A stretch of 64,000 bases of DNA from an uncultured Actinomycetota bacterium (GTDB lineage: Bacteria; Actinomycetota; Actinomycetes; Propionibacteriales; Nocardioidaceae), in the NCBI GenBank assembly GCA_963740745.1, contig CAVUFK010000009.1:184263-248262 (forward strand), written 5' to 3'. Of this stretch, positions 15,426 to 25,434 are shown one piece after another (position 1 is the first letter of the stretch; each line of letters opens with the position of its first letter). Below the pieces are notes generated by a model that saw nothing but the letters and a program-made list of their open reading frames with translations, was not told where the DNA came from and did no database searches. The position numbers were made by a program, and so were the translations under genes.

Positions 15426-17614
15426 GTGTCCCGGAGTCCTTCGCCGACCTCGCGCTGAGCGACGGCGCCGACCGGTCCATGTCGTGGCCGGAGCAGGGTG
15501 AGTCCTGGACGGCCCCGGAGGGCATCGAGATCAGGACCCGCTACGACGAGTCCGACCTCGAGGGCCTCGACGCGCTCGAGACCTGGCCGGGCCTGAGCCC
15601 GTTCCTGCGCGGGCCCTACCCGACGATGTACACCACGCAGCCCTGGACGGTGCGTCAGTACGCCGGGTTCTCGACCGCCGAGGAGTCCAACGCCTTCTAC
15701 CGCCGCAACCTGGCGGCCGGGCAGAAGGGGCTCTCGGTCGCCTTCGACCTCGCCACCCACCGCGGCTACGACTCCGACCACCCGCGCGTGCGCGGCGACG
15801 TGGGGATGGCCGGCGTCGCGATCGACTCGATCTACGACACCCGCACGCTCTTCGAGGGGATCCCGCTCGACGAGATGTCGGTCTCGATGACCATGAACGG
15901 CGCCGTCCTACCGGTGCTCGCGCTCTACATCGCCGCGGCCGAGGAGCAGGGGGTGAGGCCGGAGCAGCTCGCGGGGACGATCCAGAACGACATCCTCAAG
16001 GAGTTCATGGTCCGCAACACCTACATCTACCCGCCGGCGCCCTCGATGCGGATCATCTCCGACATCTTCAGCTACACCTCGGCGAGGATGCCGCGGTTCA
16101 ACTCGATCTCGATCTCCGGCTACCACATCCAGGAGGCCGGCGCGACGGCCGACCTCGAGCTGGCCTACACCCTCGCCGACGGCGTGGAGTACATCCGCGC
16201 CGGTCTGGCCACGGGCATGAGCATCGACGAGTTCGCGCCGCGGCTGAGCTTCTTCTGGGCGATCGGGATGAACTTCTCGATGGAGGTCGCCAAGCTGCGC
16301 GCCGCCCGCGCGCTCTGGGCGCGCCTGGTGCGCCAGTTCGAGCCGAGCAACCCCAAGTCGCTGAGCCTGCGCACGCACTCGCAGACCTCCGGCTGGAGCC
16401 TGACCGCGCAGGACGTCTTCAACAACGTCGGGCGCACCTGCCTCGAGGCGATGGCTGCGACCCAGGGCCACACCCAGTCGCTGCACACCAACGCCCTCGA
16501 CGAGGCGATCGCGCTGCCCAGCGACTTCTCCGCCCGGATCGCGCGCAACACCCAGCTGCTGCTGCAGCAGGAGTCCGGCACGACCGGCGTGATCGACCCG
16601 TGGGGCGGCTCCTACTACGTCGAGCGGCTCACCCACGACCTCGCCGAGCGGGCCTGGGCGCACATCACCGAGGCCGAGCGTGCCGGTGGGATGGCGGCCG
16701 CGATCGAGCAGGGCATCCCCAAGATGCGCATCGAGGAGGCCGCCGCGCGCACCCAGGCGCGGATCGACTCCGGGCGCCAGCAGGTGATCGGCGTCAACAC
16801 CTACCGCCTCGCGGCCGAGGACAAGCTCGACGTGCTGCGCGTCGACAACGACGACGTCTACCGCCAGCAGATCGCCAAGCTCGAGCGGCTGCGCGCCGAG
16901 CGAGACGACGACGACCTCCGTCGCACGCTCGAGGCGCTCACCAACGCCGCTGACCAGGGACCCCAGGGCGGGGGCCAGGACGGGCTCGACGGCAACCTGC
17001 TCGCCCTGGCCGTCGACGCGGCCCGCGCCAAGGCCACGGTAGGAGAGATCTCGGACGCGCTGGAGAAGGTCTACGGTCGCCACCAGGCGACGATCCGTAC
17101 GATCTCGGGGGTGTACCGCGACGAGTCCGCCGGCGACGGCAGCGACGGGTCCGGCGACACGCTGGTGCGCCAGGTGCTGGAGGCGACCGAGGCCTTCGAG
17201 GAGGCCGAGGGCCGCCGCCCACGGATCCTGGTGGCCAAGATGGGCCAGGACGGGCACGACCGCGGCCAGAAGGTGATCGTCTCGGCCTTCGCCGACATGG
17301 GTTTCGACGTCGACGTGGGGCCGCTGTTCTCCACCCCCGAGGAGGTCGCCGGGCAGGCGGTCGACAACGACGTGCACATCGTCGGCGTCTCCTCGCTCGC
17401 CGCCGGCCACCTCGCCCTGCTGCCGGCGCTGCGCGAGGCGCTCACCGAGCAGGGCCGTCCCGACATCATGGTCGTCATCGGCGGGGTGATCCCCCCCGAC
17501 GACGTACCCCGGCTGCGCGAGATGGGGGCGGCGTCGGTGTTCCTGCCCGGCACGGTGATCGCGGAGTCCGCCCTCGACCTGCTCGCTCACCTGCGTGAGC
17601 AGCTCGGTCACTGA
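15422..17614 (+). CDS. mutB: Methylmalonyl-CoA mutase large subunit
   Basis: [22 protein letters not shown]12-binding [11 protein letters not shown]; ATGA overlap with mutA. Confidence 0.97.
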   Translation: MSVPESFADLALSDGADRSMSWPEQGESWTAPEGIEIRTRYDESDLEGLDALETWPGLSPFLRGPYPTMYTTQPWTVRQYAGFSTAEESNAFYRRNLAAGQKGLSVAFDLATHRGYDSDHPRVRGDVGMAGVAIDSIYDTRTLFEGIPLDEMSVSMTMNGAVLPVLALYIAAAEEQGVRPEQLAGTIQNDILKEFMVRNTYIYPPAPSMRIISDIFSYTSARMPRFNSISISGYHIQEAGATADLELAYTLADGVEYIRAGLATGMSIDEFAPRLSFFWAIGMNFSMEVAKLRAARALWARLVRQFEPSNPKSLSLRTHSQTSGWSLTAQDVFNNVGRTCLEAMAATQGHTQSLHTNALDEAIALPSDFSARIARNTQLLLQQESGTTGVIDPWGGSYYVERLTHDLAERAWAHITEAERAGGMAAAIEQGIPKMRIEEAAARTQARIDSGRQQVIGVNTYRLAAEDKLDVLRVDNDDVYRQQIAKLERLRAERDDDDLRRTLEALTNAADQGPQGGGQDGLDGNLLALAVDAARAKATVGEISDALEKVYGRHQATIRTISGVYRDESAGDGSDGSGDTLVRQVLEATEAFEEAEGRRPRILVAKMGQDGHDRGQKVIVSAFADMGFDVDVGPLFSTPEEVAGQAVDNDVHIVGVSSLAAGHLALLPALREALTEQGRPDIMVVIGGVIPPDDVPRLREMGAASVFLPGTVIAESALDLLAHLREQLGH

Positions 17615-18635
17615 GCGGCCTGGGCGCGTCGACGTCGACGACCTCGTCGAGGGCGTCCTCGCCGGGCGGCGGGCCGTGGTCTCGCAGGCGATCACGCTCG
17701 TGGAGTCCTCGCGCCCGGAGCACCGTGGACGCGCTCGCGAGCTGATGACGGCGCTGACCGACCGGCCGGGCGCCGGGGTGGGCAGCCCGGCGGTGCGGGT
17801 CGGCGTCTCGGGCGTGCCCGGCGTCGGGAAGTCGACGTTCATCGAGGCCCTCGGCGCCCGGCTGACCGCGGACGGCCACCGGGTCGGCGTGCTCGCCGTC
17901 GACCCGTCCTCGGTGCGCACCGGCGGGTCCGTGCTGGGTGACAAGACCCGGATGCCGAACCTCTCGGTCAACCCCGACGCCTACATCCGCCCCTCGCCCG
18001 CGGCCGGCACCCTCGGCGGCGTCGCCCGCGCCACGGTCCAGGCGATGGCCGTGCTGGAGGCGGCCGGCTTCGACGTCGTGCTCGTCGAGACCGTCGGGGT
18101 CGGGCAGTCGGAGGTGACGGTGGCCGGGATGGTCGACACCTTCCTCTTCCTGACCCTGGCCCGCACCGGCGACCAGCTCCAGGGCATCAAGAAGGGCATC
18201 CTCGAGATCGCCGACGTGATCGCGGTCAACAAGGCCGACGGTGACCGCGAGACCGAGGCGCGTGCCGCGGCCCGCGAGCTCGCCGGCGCCCTGCGGTTCG
18301 TGCGCGGCCACGGCGAGTGGGCGCCGCCCGTCGTGACCTGCTCGGGCCTGACCGACGTCGGGGTCGACGACCTCTGGCAGCGCGTGCACGCCCACCGCGA
18401 CCACCTCGGCGCCGACGGCCTGGCCCGCAAGCGCGCCGAGCAGCAGCTCGCCTTCACCTGGGCGCTGGTGCGCGACGAGCTCGACCAGCGGCTCAAGCAC
18501 TCGTCCGGCGTACGAGCCGTGCGGGACGGCGTACGCGCCGAGGTCCTCGACGGCAGCCTGCCCGCCACCGTCGCCGCCGACCGGCTGCTGGCCGCCTACG
18601 ACGAGTCGCGCGGAGGTGGGCGTGGCGACACCTGA
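17595..18635 (+). CDS. meaB: Methylmalonyl-CoA mutase-associated GTPase
   Basis: [40 protein letters not shown]. Confidence 0.96.
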   Translation: MSSSVTERPGRVDVDDLVEGVLAGRRAVVSQAITLVESSRPEHRGRARELMTALTDRPGAGVGSPAVRVGVSGVPGVGKSTFIEALGARLTADGHRVGVLAVDPSSVRTGGSVLGDKTRMPNLSVNPDAYIRPSPAAGTLGGVARATVQAMAVLEAAGFDVVLVETVGVGQSEVTVAGMVDTFLFLTLARTGDQLQGIKKGILEIADVIAVNKADGDRETEARAAARELAGALRFVRGHGEWAPPVVTCSGLTDVGVDDLWQRVHAHRDHLGADGLARKRAEQQLAFTWALVRDELDQRLKHSSGVRAVRDGVRAEVLDGSLPATVAADRLLAAYDESRGGGRGDT

Positions 18636-18755
18636 CGTCGGCGCGGGAGAGGTCGAGCAGCGCGGGGGCGCCGCCGCCGCGCTGACCGACCTCGGCGCCT
18701 ACCAGGACTCGCACCACCTGCACGTCCACGTGCACGCGGGTCCTCGGACCGGGTC

Positions 18756-19440
18756 GTGACGAGGAGCCCGCGCCGCGCGTGGCTGAGCTGGAGCAGCGGC
18801 AAGGACTCGGCCTTGGCGCTGGCCGCGGTGCGCGAGGACCCGGCGTACGCCGACATCGACGTGGTCGGTCTGCTGACCACGGTGGATGCCGCCACTGACC
18901 GGGTCGCGATGCACGACGTGCGCCGCGAGCTGCTCGAGGCCCAGGCGGCCTCGCTCGGCCTGCCCCTGCACGTGGTCGCTCTGCCGTGGCCGTGCAGCAA
19001 CGTCGAGTACGAGCAGCGGATGGGCGCAGCCACGACGGCGGCGCGCGCCGACGGGGTGAGGGTGGTGGTCTTCGGCGACCTGTTCCTCGCCGACGTCCGT
19101 GCCTACCGGGAGCAGGCGATGGCCGGCAGCGGCCTCGAGCCCGTCTTCCCGCTCGTGGGGCCGCCCCACCCGCGCGCTGGCCCGCGAGATGGTCGACCGG
19201 GGGATCCGCGCGGTGCTGACCTGCGTCGACCCCTCCCATCTCGACGCGTCCTTCGGCGGACGCGAGCTCGATGCGGCCCTGCTCGACGACCTCCCGGCGG
19301 GAGTCGACCCGTGCGGTGAGCACGGGGAGTTCCATACGTTCGTGCACGACGGTCCCGGGTTCGCGCGGCCGGTTCCGGTGCGGGTGGGCACCAGCGTCGA
19401 GCGCGACGGCTTCGTCTACACCGACCTGCTGCTCGACTGA
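18756..19440 (+). CDS. DUF71/COG2102 (Dph6-like) ATP pyrophosphatase / ammonia ligase (frameshift near 19154)
   Basis: PP-loop SWSSGKDS, VFGDLFL, FPLWG after removing one base, DPCGEHGEFHTFV.DGP. Confidence 0.88.
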
Positions 19441-19492
19441 TCCGACGAAGGAACGGGTACGAGGCAGTGGCGCCCGTGGGCGAGGATGAGAC

Positions 19493-20134
19493 GTGCTCCG
19501 CGACCTCTGGCCGACCTACGCCCTCACGATCCGAACGCCCCGTGTCGAGCTGCGGCTACCGACCGAGAAGGAGCTCGTCGAGCTCGCCCAGGTGGCCGCC
19601 GGCGGGGTGCACCGGCCGGGGGAGCGGCCGTTCCTGACGCCGTGGACCGAGGGCGGCGCGCAGGACCGGGCCGAGCACGTGCTGCGCTCGCACTGGGGCG
19701 CGCTCGCGGAATGGGAGCCGGACGACTGGTCCTTGGGCCTCGCCGTCCTCGTCGAGGGCCGCCCGGTCGGCCGGGTCACCCTCAACGCCCGCGAGTTCGC
19801 CGTACGCCGTGAGGTCACCACCACGTCCTGGCTCGGCCTCGACCACCACGGCCGGGGACTCGGGACCAGCGCGCGCACCGGCCTGCTGGCGCTGGCCTTG
19901 GACCACCTCGGGGCCGAGCACGCGACGACCGAGGTGTTCCCCGACAACCTGGCCTCGCAGGGCGTGTCGCGGCGGCTCGGCTACGAGCCGGACGGGATCT
20001 CGCGCGACGTGCGCGACGGGGAGGTGCTGGTCTCGGACCGGCTGCGCCTCACTGCCGAGCGGTGGAGGTCCGTGGACCACGAACCCGTCCAGGTCGAGGG
20101 CCTGGACGGGTGTCGGGCGATGTTCGGGGCCTGA
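19493..20134 (+). CDS. GNAT acyltransferase, Rv0802c (succinyl-CoA transferase)-like
   Basis: LTIRTPRVELRLP, PFLTPWT, TSWLG..HGRGLGT..R, N.AS..VSRRLGY.PDG. Confidence 0.8.
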   Translation: MLRDLWPTYALTIRTPRVELRLPTEKELVELAQVAAGGVHRPGERPFLTPWTEGGAQDRAEHVLRSHWGALAEWEPDDWSLGLAVLVEGRPVGRVTLNAREFAVRREVTTTSWLGLDHHGRGLGTSARTGLLALALDHLGAEHATTEVFPDNLASQGVSRRLGYEPDGISRDVRDGEVLVSDRLRLTAERWRSVDHEPVQVEGLDGCRAMFGA

Positions 20135-20136
20135 GC

Positions 20137-20203
20137 CCGCCGAGAATGCGCTCCGGTGCGCAGAACCTGCGCTCTCGGTGCGCAGAACCTGCGCTCTCGG
20201 CGG
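20137..20203. repeat. REP-like element: 22-bp tandem units flanked by 9-bp inverted repeats
   Basis: ccgccgaga (20137-45) and tctcggcgg (20195-203); cggtgcgcagaacctgcgctct twice (20154-20197). Confidence 0.8.
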
Positions 20204-21223
20204 TCAGGAGGTGGTGAGCACCATCCGGAAGCGGGCGTCGCCGGCCATCATCTTGTCGTAGGCCTCCGCCGCCTGCTCGAGCGGCATCGTCTCGATCTGG
20301 GCCTCGACGCCGGACAGGGCGGTGAAGCGCAGGGTGTCCTCGGAGTCCGCGGCGGAGCCCGAGGCGGAGCCGCGCACCGAGCCGTTGGTGCCGATCAGCG
20401 CCGTGGCCGGCACGGGGATCGGCTGCTCCGCGGCACCGACGACGACGACCTCGCCACCCACGCCGAGACCACCGAGGGTCGCGGCGACGGCGTCACCGTT
20501 GGTGACGGTCGAGAGGATCACCCGGGCGCCGCCGAGCCGGGCGAGCTCCTCGCCCGGGTCGGTCGCGGTGGAGTCGATGTAGTGGTGCGCACCCAGGGGC
20601 AGCGCGAGGTCCCTCTTCTCGGTGCCGCGGGCGATCGCGACGACGCGGAAGCCCATCTTGGCGGCGTACTGCACGCCGAGGTGGCCCAGACCGCCGACGC
20701 CGAGCACGGCGACGGTGTCGCCGGCCGTCGCGCCGGTCTTGCGCAGGCCGTTGTACGTCGTGACGCCGGCGCACAGCAGGGGTGCGGCCTGCGCCGGGCT
20801 GAGCTCGTCGGGGATCGAGACGAGAGCGGTGGCGCGCACGAGGACGTAGTCGGCGTAACCGCCGTCCATCGTCACGCCGGGGATGCCCATGTCGGTGCAC
20901 GAGATCAGGTCGCCGGCCCGGCAGGGGCCGCACTGGCCGCAGTTCCCGCCGTACCAGCCGACGCCCACGCGCTGACCCTGACTCCACGCGGTGACCCCGT
21001 CGCCGAGGGCCGCGACGCTGCCGGCGACCTCGTGGCCGGGCACCACCGGGAAGCTGACGCCGGGGTAGGCGCCCTCCTTGGCGAACATGTCGGAGTGGCA
21101 CACCCCGCACGCGTCGACCTTGACCAGCGCCTCGCCCGGACCGGGGGACGGCACCGCGCGCTCCTCCAGCTCGAGGGCGCCGCCCTGCTCCGTGACCACC
21201 ATGACTCGCATCGTCTCGCTCAT
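20204..21223 (-). CDS. Zinc-dependent alcohol dehydrogenase
   Basis: CGVCHSD, GHEVAG, CGQCGPC...C, GVGGLGH, RFRMVL. Confidence 0.94.
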   Translation of the reverse strand: MSETMRVMVVTEQGGALELEERAVPSPGPGEALVKVDACGVCHSDMFAKEGAYPGVSFPVVPGHEVAGSVAALGDGVTAWSQGQRVGVGWYGGNCGQCGPCRAGDLISCTDMGIPGVTMDGGYADYVLVRATALVSIPDELSPAQAAPLLCAGVTTYNGLRKTGATAGDTVAVLGVGGLGHLGVQYAAKMGFRVVAIARGTEKRDLALPLGAHHYIDSTATDPGEELARLGGARVILSTVTNGDAVAATLGGLGVGGEVVVVGAAEQPIPVPATALIGTNGSVRGSASGSAADSEDTLRFTALSGVEAQIETMPLEQAAEAYDKMMAGDARFRMVLTTS

Positions 21224-21280
21224 GGCGTCGACGCTAGACCCGGTCGACCCACCCCTGCGGCCACACGGCTCACCCACGGC

Positions 21281-22756
21281 TCACAGGCGCGGGACCGGGA
21301 ACGCCGCGGGGGAGTGGCGCCCGTCCCGGCCGACCGAGCGGACCCCGAAGAACACGTTGTCCTTCGACAGGTCGATGCGCGTCGTGGTGACGTCGCCGAC
21401 GGTGATCACGTGGGTCCAGTCGTCCTCGACCGTGGGACGCCACACGACCTCGTAGCCGGCGGCCCCGGGCGTGGCCGACCAGGCCAGCTCGGTGTCGTTG
21501 GTCAGCTCCTGGGTCAGCACCTCGACGCCCTTCGGCGTGCCCGGCGCGGTGGCCAGCGACCACAGCGCCGCGGCGTTGACGCGCGCCACCCGGGCGACGT
21601 AGTCGACGTCGCAGAAGCGCACGAGGTCGCCGTACTGCACGCCGTCCTCGACGCGGACGTCCTGGTGCTGGTGGCGGTAGTCCTCGTCCGGCTCGGTGAA
21701 GCGCGCCGCGGGGAACCCGGCCTCGAGGAACGGGATGTGGTCACCGCCGCGCAGGAACCGGTCGCGGCGGTAGATCACCCGCACGTCCATCCCGGTCGTG
21801 CGCCGGTCGGCGACCTCGGTGACGAACCGCGCGAGCTGGCGCGACGCCGAGTCGTTCTCCCCACCGACGGCCTGGCGGATCGAGGCCTCCTGCTCGGTCT
21901 CGTCGCTGGGCACGCCCTCGGCGAAGAGCCGGACGCTGCGCGCATCCACCGTGCCGTCGTCGGCGACCGGGCTGCCGACGATGTCGTCGGTGAACATGGC
22001 CTGCACGTCGGTGCCGGCGCGGGTGAACGACCTCGCCAGCCGGGTCGAGCCGTAGAGGCCCTGCTCCTCGCCGGCGACGGCGGCGAAGACGATCGTCGCG
22101 GCGGGACGCCGGGCGGCCATCACCCGCGCCAGCTCCATGGCGACGGCCACGCCCGAGGCGTCGTCGTCGGCGCCGGGGGCGTCGCTGGTCGAGTCCATGA
22201 CGTCGGTGACCCGGGAGTCGTAGTGACCCGAGACGACGTAGGTGCGCGACCCGGCCTCGGAGCCCTCCAGCGTCGCGACCACGTTGGTGATCCGGGTCGC
22301 GGTGGGGATCCGGTCGGCCGGCTGCTGGACGTAGGACTGCTTGCGCACCGTCATCCGTCCGCCGGAGGCCTTCGCGTAGCCCCGCATCGTGCTGGCGATC
22401 CAGTCGCGTGCGGCGCCGATCCCGCGGTCGGGGTCGTCCTGCGTGGACAGGGTGTGGCGGGTCCCGAAGGAGACCAGCGTGCGGATGGTGGCCTCGATGC
22501 GGTCGGGGTCGATCTCGCGCAGGATCGCGCGGAGCTCGGCGTCGGGCTTCTGCGCCTTGTTCGGCCGCCCCGGGCCGTCCGGCCAGTCGTCGGAGGGTCC
22601 TGGTCCCTTCCCACCACGCTGGCCGCCGCCCTTCGCGGACGCCGGTCCCGCAGGGCCGAGCACCGCGGGCACCGCCGCAGCGGTGCCGGCCGTGCCGGCG
22701 ATCACCGCCCGGCGGGAGGCGGTCGAGCGGTCAGGGTGTCCCGAGAGGTCCGTCAT
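21281..22756 (-). CDS. Tat-exported M28 family metallopeptidase with C-terminal beta domain
   Basis: SRRAVIAG twin-arginine signal; SGHYDS, GADDDASG, GEEQGL, GGDH. Confidence 0.9.
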   Translation of the reverse strand: MTDLSGHPDRSTASRRAVIAGTAGTAAAVPAVLGPAGPASAKGGGQRGGKGPGPSDDWPDGPGRPNKAQKPDAELRAILREIDPDRIEATIRTLVSFGTRHTLSTQDDPDRGIGAARDWIASTMRGYAKASGGRMTVRKQSYVQQPADRIPTATRITNVVATLEGSEAGSRTYVVSGHYDSRVTDVMDSTSDAPGADDDASGVAVAMELARVMAARRPAATIVFAAVAGEEQGLYGSTRLARSFTRAGTDVQAMFTDDIVGSPVADDGTVDARSVRLFAEGVPSDETEQEASIRQAVGGENDSASRQLARFVTEVADRRTTGMDVRVIYRRDRFLRGGDHIPFLEAGFPAARFTEPDEDYRHQHQDVRVEDGVQYGDLVRFCDVDYVARVARVNAAALWSLATAPGTPKGVEVLTQELTNDTELAWSATPGAAGYEVVWRPTVEDDWTHVITVGDVTTTRIDLSKDNVFFGVRSVGRDGRHSPAAFPVPRL

Positions 22757-22836
22757 CGCCCCACCTGACGCCTGATCGGCGGGGACGTCAAGATCCCTGC
22801 GGGTGGGCACGACCTCGCGCGTAGACTGGGGCCTTC

Positions 22837-24066
22837 ATGTCCGAGCACCCCGCCACCGTCGCCCGCATCGCCGCCGACGTCGTCACCAAGTACGACGCCG
22901 AGCTGCGCGACCTGCGCCGGGACCTGCACGCCCATCCCGAGCTCTCCCGGGCCGAGACCCGGACGACCGGCCTGGTCGCCGACCGGCTCGCTCGCACCGG
23001 CTGGCGCATCCAGCGCCTGCCCGGCACCGGGGTGGTCGCCGACCTCTCGCCGGGCGAGCCGGGCGAGATCGGCCTCGACGAGGGTCCGGTGGTGGTGCTG
23101 CGCGCCGACATGGACGCGCTGCCGCTGGCCGACCTGACGACCGACCCCTGGGCCAGCACGGTGCCCGGGGTCGCGCACGCCTGCGGCCACGACGTCCACA
23201 CCTGTGCCCTGCTCGGGGCGGCGTACGCCCTCGACGAGATCCGCGCCCGCGGCGAGCTGACCGGTCGGGTGCGGCTGCTCTTCCAGCCCGCCGAGGAGGT
23301 CATGCCCGGGGGCGCGCTGGACCTGATCGGCCAGGGCGTGCTCGACGACGTCGTGCACGCCTTCGCGCTGCACTGCGACCCCGCGGTCGACCTCGGTCAG
23401 GTCGGCCTGCGCCTGGGGGCGCTGACCAGCGCCGCCGACAAGGTCGAGGTCGTGCTGGAGGGCCCGGGGGGCCACACCTCCCGCCCGCACCTGACCGGCG
23501 ACCTGACCTTCGCGCTGGCCAAGGTCACCACCGAGCTGCCCGCGGTGCTCTCGCGGCGGATGGACCCGCGCTCCGGGGTCAGCGTCGTGTGGGGCCTGAT
23601 CGCGGCCGGCTCGGCGCCCAACGTGATCCCCGACCGCGGCAAGATCGCCGGCACCGTGCGCATCCTGGACGCCGAGGCCTGGGCCGACTGCGAGCAGATC
23701 GTGCGCGACGCGGTGCGCGACGTGGTGGCGCCGTACGGCGTGCAGGCCCGCGTGGACTACCAGCGCGGCGTCCCGCCCGTGGTCAACGAGCCGCGCTCGC
23801 ACCACCTGCTCTCCACGGCCGTGACCGACGTGCTCGGGGACGACGCCGCCGTGGTGGCCGGGCAGTCGATGGGCGGCGAGGACTTCGGCTGGTATCTCGA
23901 CGAGGTGCCGGGCGCGATGATGCGCCTGGGGACCCGGACGCCCGGCGGGCCGACCTACGACCTGCACCAGGGCAACCTGCGGGTCGACGAGCGTGCGGTC
24001 GGGATCGGTGCCCGGCTGCTGGCCCAGGCCGCGGTGCGGGCCCACCTGCCCACCGACGAGGGCTGA
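22837..24066 (+). CDS. M20D amidohydrolase
   Basis: RRDLHAHPELS, LRADMDALP, HACGHDVH, FQPAEE, GGHTSRPH, GEDF. Confidence 0.94.
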   Translation: MSEHPATVARIAADVVTKYDAELRDLRRDLHAHPELSRAETRTTGLVADRLARTGWRIQRLPGTGVVADLSPGEPGEIGLDEGPVVVLRADMDALPLADLTTDPWASTVPGVAHACGHDVHTCALLGAAYALDEIRARGELTGRVRLLFQPAEEVMPGGALDLIGQGVLDDVVHAFALHCDPAVDLGQVGLRLGALTSAADKVEVVLEGPGGHTSRPHLTGDLTFALAKVTTELPAVLSRRMDPRSGVSVVWGLIAAGSAPNVIPDRGKIAGTVRILDAEAWADCEQIVRDAVRDVVAPYGVQARVDYQRGVPPVVNEPRSHHLLSTAVTDVLGDDAAVVAGQSMGGEDFGWYLDEVPGAMMRLGTRTPGGPTYDLHQGNLRVDERAVGIGARLLAQAAVRAHLPTDEG

Positions 24067-24216
24067 ACCACGCCCGCAGGTTCCGCGCACGTTCCGCCTC
24101 GGTAACGATTGGCCGGTTCGGCCTCCGCGGGATGGATCGGCGCCGTCCACACCCCTTAAGGTCTGCCCTGGTCGGGGTCCACCCGGGATCTCTGACATCA
24201 GCACCGAGGAGGCGTC

Positions 24217-25272
24217 TTGCGACGCAGCAGCACCAAGCTGGCAGCCCTGTTCTCCGCCAGCATCCTGGCCCTGACCGCGTGCGGCGGTGGCGACTCCACC
24301 GACTCGTCCGCGTCCGACTCGTCCGGCTCCGACTCGGCGAGCTCCGACCTGAAGGTCGGCATGGCCTACGACGTCGGGGGGCGCGGTGACCAGTCGTTCA
24401 ACGACTCCGCCGCCGCCGGCCTCGACCAGGCCGCCGAGGAGTTCGGCTTCGAGCCCCAGGAGTCGGCCGCGCAGGACGGCGAGGCCGAGTCGGCCCGCGA
24501 GGAGCGCCTGCGCACCTTCGCCGACAACGGCTACGACCCGATCGTCGCGGTCGGCTTCGCCTACGCCCCGGCCCTGACCAAGGTCTCCGAGGAGTACCCC
24601 GACGTCCACTTCGCGATCATCGACGACGAGACCATCGACTCCGACAACGTCGCCGACCTCGTCTTCGCCGAGGAGCAGGGCTCCTTCCTCGTCGGCGCGG
24701 CCGCGGCGCTGAAGACCGAGACCGACACGATCGGCTTCATCGGTGGTGTCGAGACCCCGCTCATCCAGAAGTTCGAGGCCGGCTACGTCGCGGGCGCCGA
24801 GGCGGTCAACCCCGACATCAACGTGCTGACGACCTACCTGACCCAGGTCCCCGACTTCTCCGGCTTCGCCGACCCGGCCAAGGGCAAGACGGCCGCGCAG
24901 GGCATGTACGACAACGAGGCCGACATCGTCTACCACGCCGCCGGCGGCTCCGGCGGCGGTGTGTTCGAGGCCGCCTCCGACGCCGGCGCGAAGGCGATCG
25001 GGGTCGACTCCGACCAGTACGAGACGGCCGACCCGTCCGTGCAGGACGTGATCATGACCTCGATGCTCAAGAACGTGAACGTCGCGGTCTACGAGTACCT
25101 CTCCTCGGCCAACGACGGTGACTTCCCCTCGGGCGTCACCCGCTACGACCTCTCGGTCGACGGGGTCGGCTACTCCACCTCCGGTGGGCAGATCGACGAC
25201 ATCACCGGCGAGCTCGACGACTACAAGCAGCAGATCATCGACGGTGACATCGAGGTCCCGACGAAGCCCTGA
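24217..25272 (+). CDS. BMP-family nucleoside ABC transporter substrate-binding lipoprotein
   Basis: Lipobox LTAC, GGRGDQSFN, F.EEQGSFLVG, IGVDSDQ; TTG start with GAGGAGG SD. Confidence 0.94.
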   Translation: MRRSSTKLAALFSASILALTACGGGDSTDSSASDSSGSDSASSDLKVGMAYDVGGRGDQSFNDSAAAGLDQAAEEFGFEPQESAAQDGEAESAREERLRTFADNGYDPIVAVGFAYAPALTKVSEEYPDVHFAIIDDETIDSDNVADLVFAEEQGSFLVGAAAALKTETDTIGFIGGVETPLIQKFEAGYVAGAEAVNPDINVLTTYLTQVPDFSGFADPAKGKTAAQGMYDNEADIVYHAAGGSGGGVFEAASDAGAKAIGVDSDQYETADPSVQDVIMTSMLKNVNVAVYEYLSSANDGDFPSGVTRYDLSVDGVGYSTSGGQIDDITGELDDYKQQIIDGDIEVPTKP

Positions 25273-25305
25273 CCGGCCGCGTCGTCACACCTGCTGGCAC
25301 CACCG

Positions 25306-25339
25306 AGCACGACCCAGCACGACCCAGCACCACCCGCAC
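25306..25339. repeat. Short 10-bp tandem repeat (agcacgaccc)
   Basis: agcacgaccc agcacgaccc agcaccaccc gcac, just after the BMP gene. Confidence 0.6.
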
Positions 25340-25376
25340 CGGGGCTCCGGGCGCGCCAGTCGCGCCCGGGGCCCCG
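25340..25376. terminator. 16-bp intercistronic stem-loop after the binding-protein gene
   Basis: cggggctccgggcgcg-ccagt-cgcgcccggggccccg (one G-U pair). Confidence 0.7.
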
Positions 25377-25434
25377 TGGCAGTTGTACCCTCGCCCTGCC
25401 CGCCTCGCGCCCACCGTCCAGGAGGTCCCTCCTC

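Noticed and set aside
20154-20197. Possible mini-CRISPR
   Set aside because: The units are directly adjacent with no unique spacers, and there are no cas genes.
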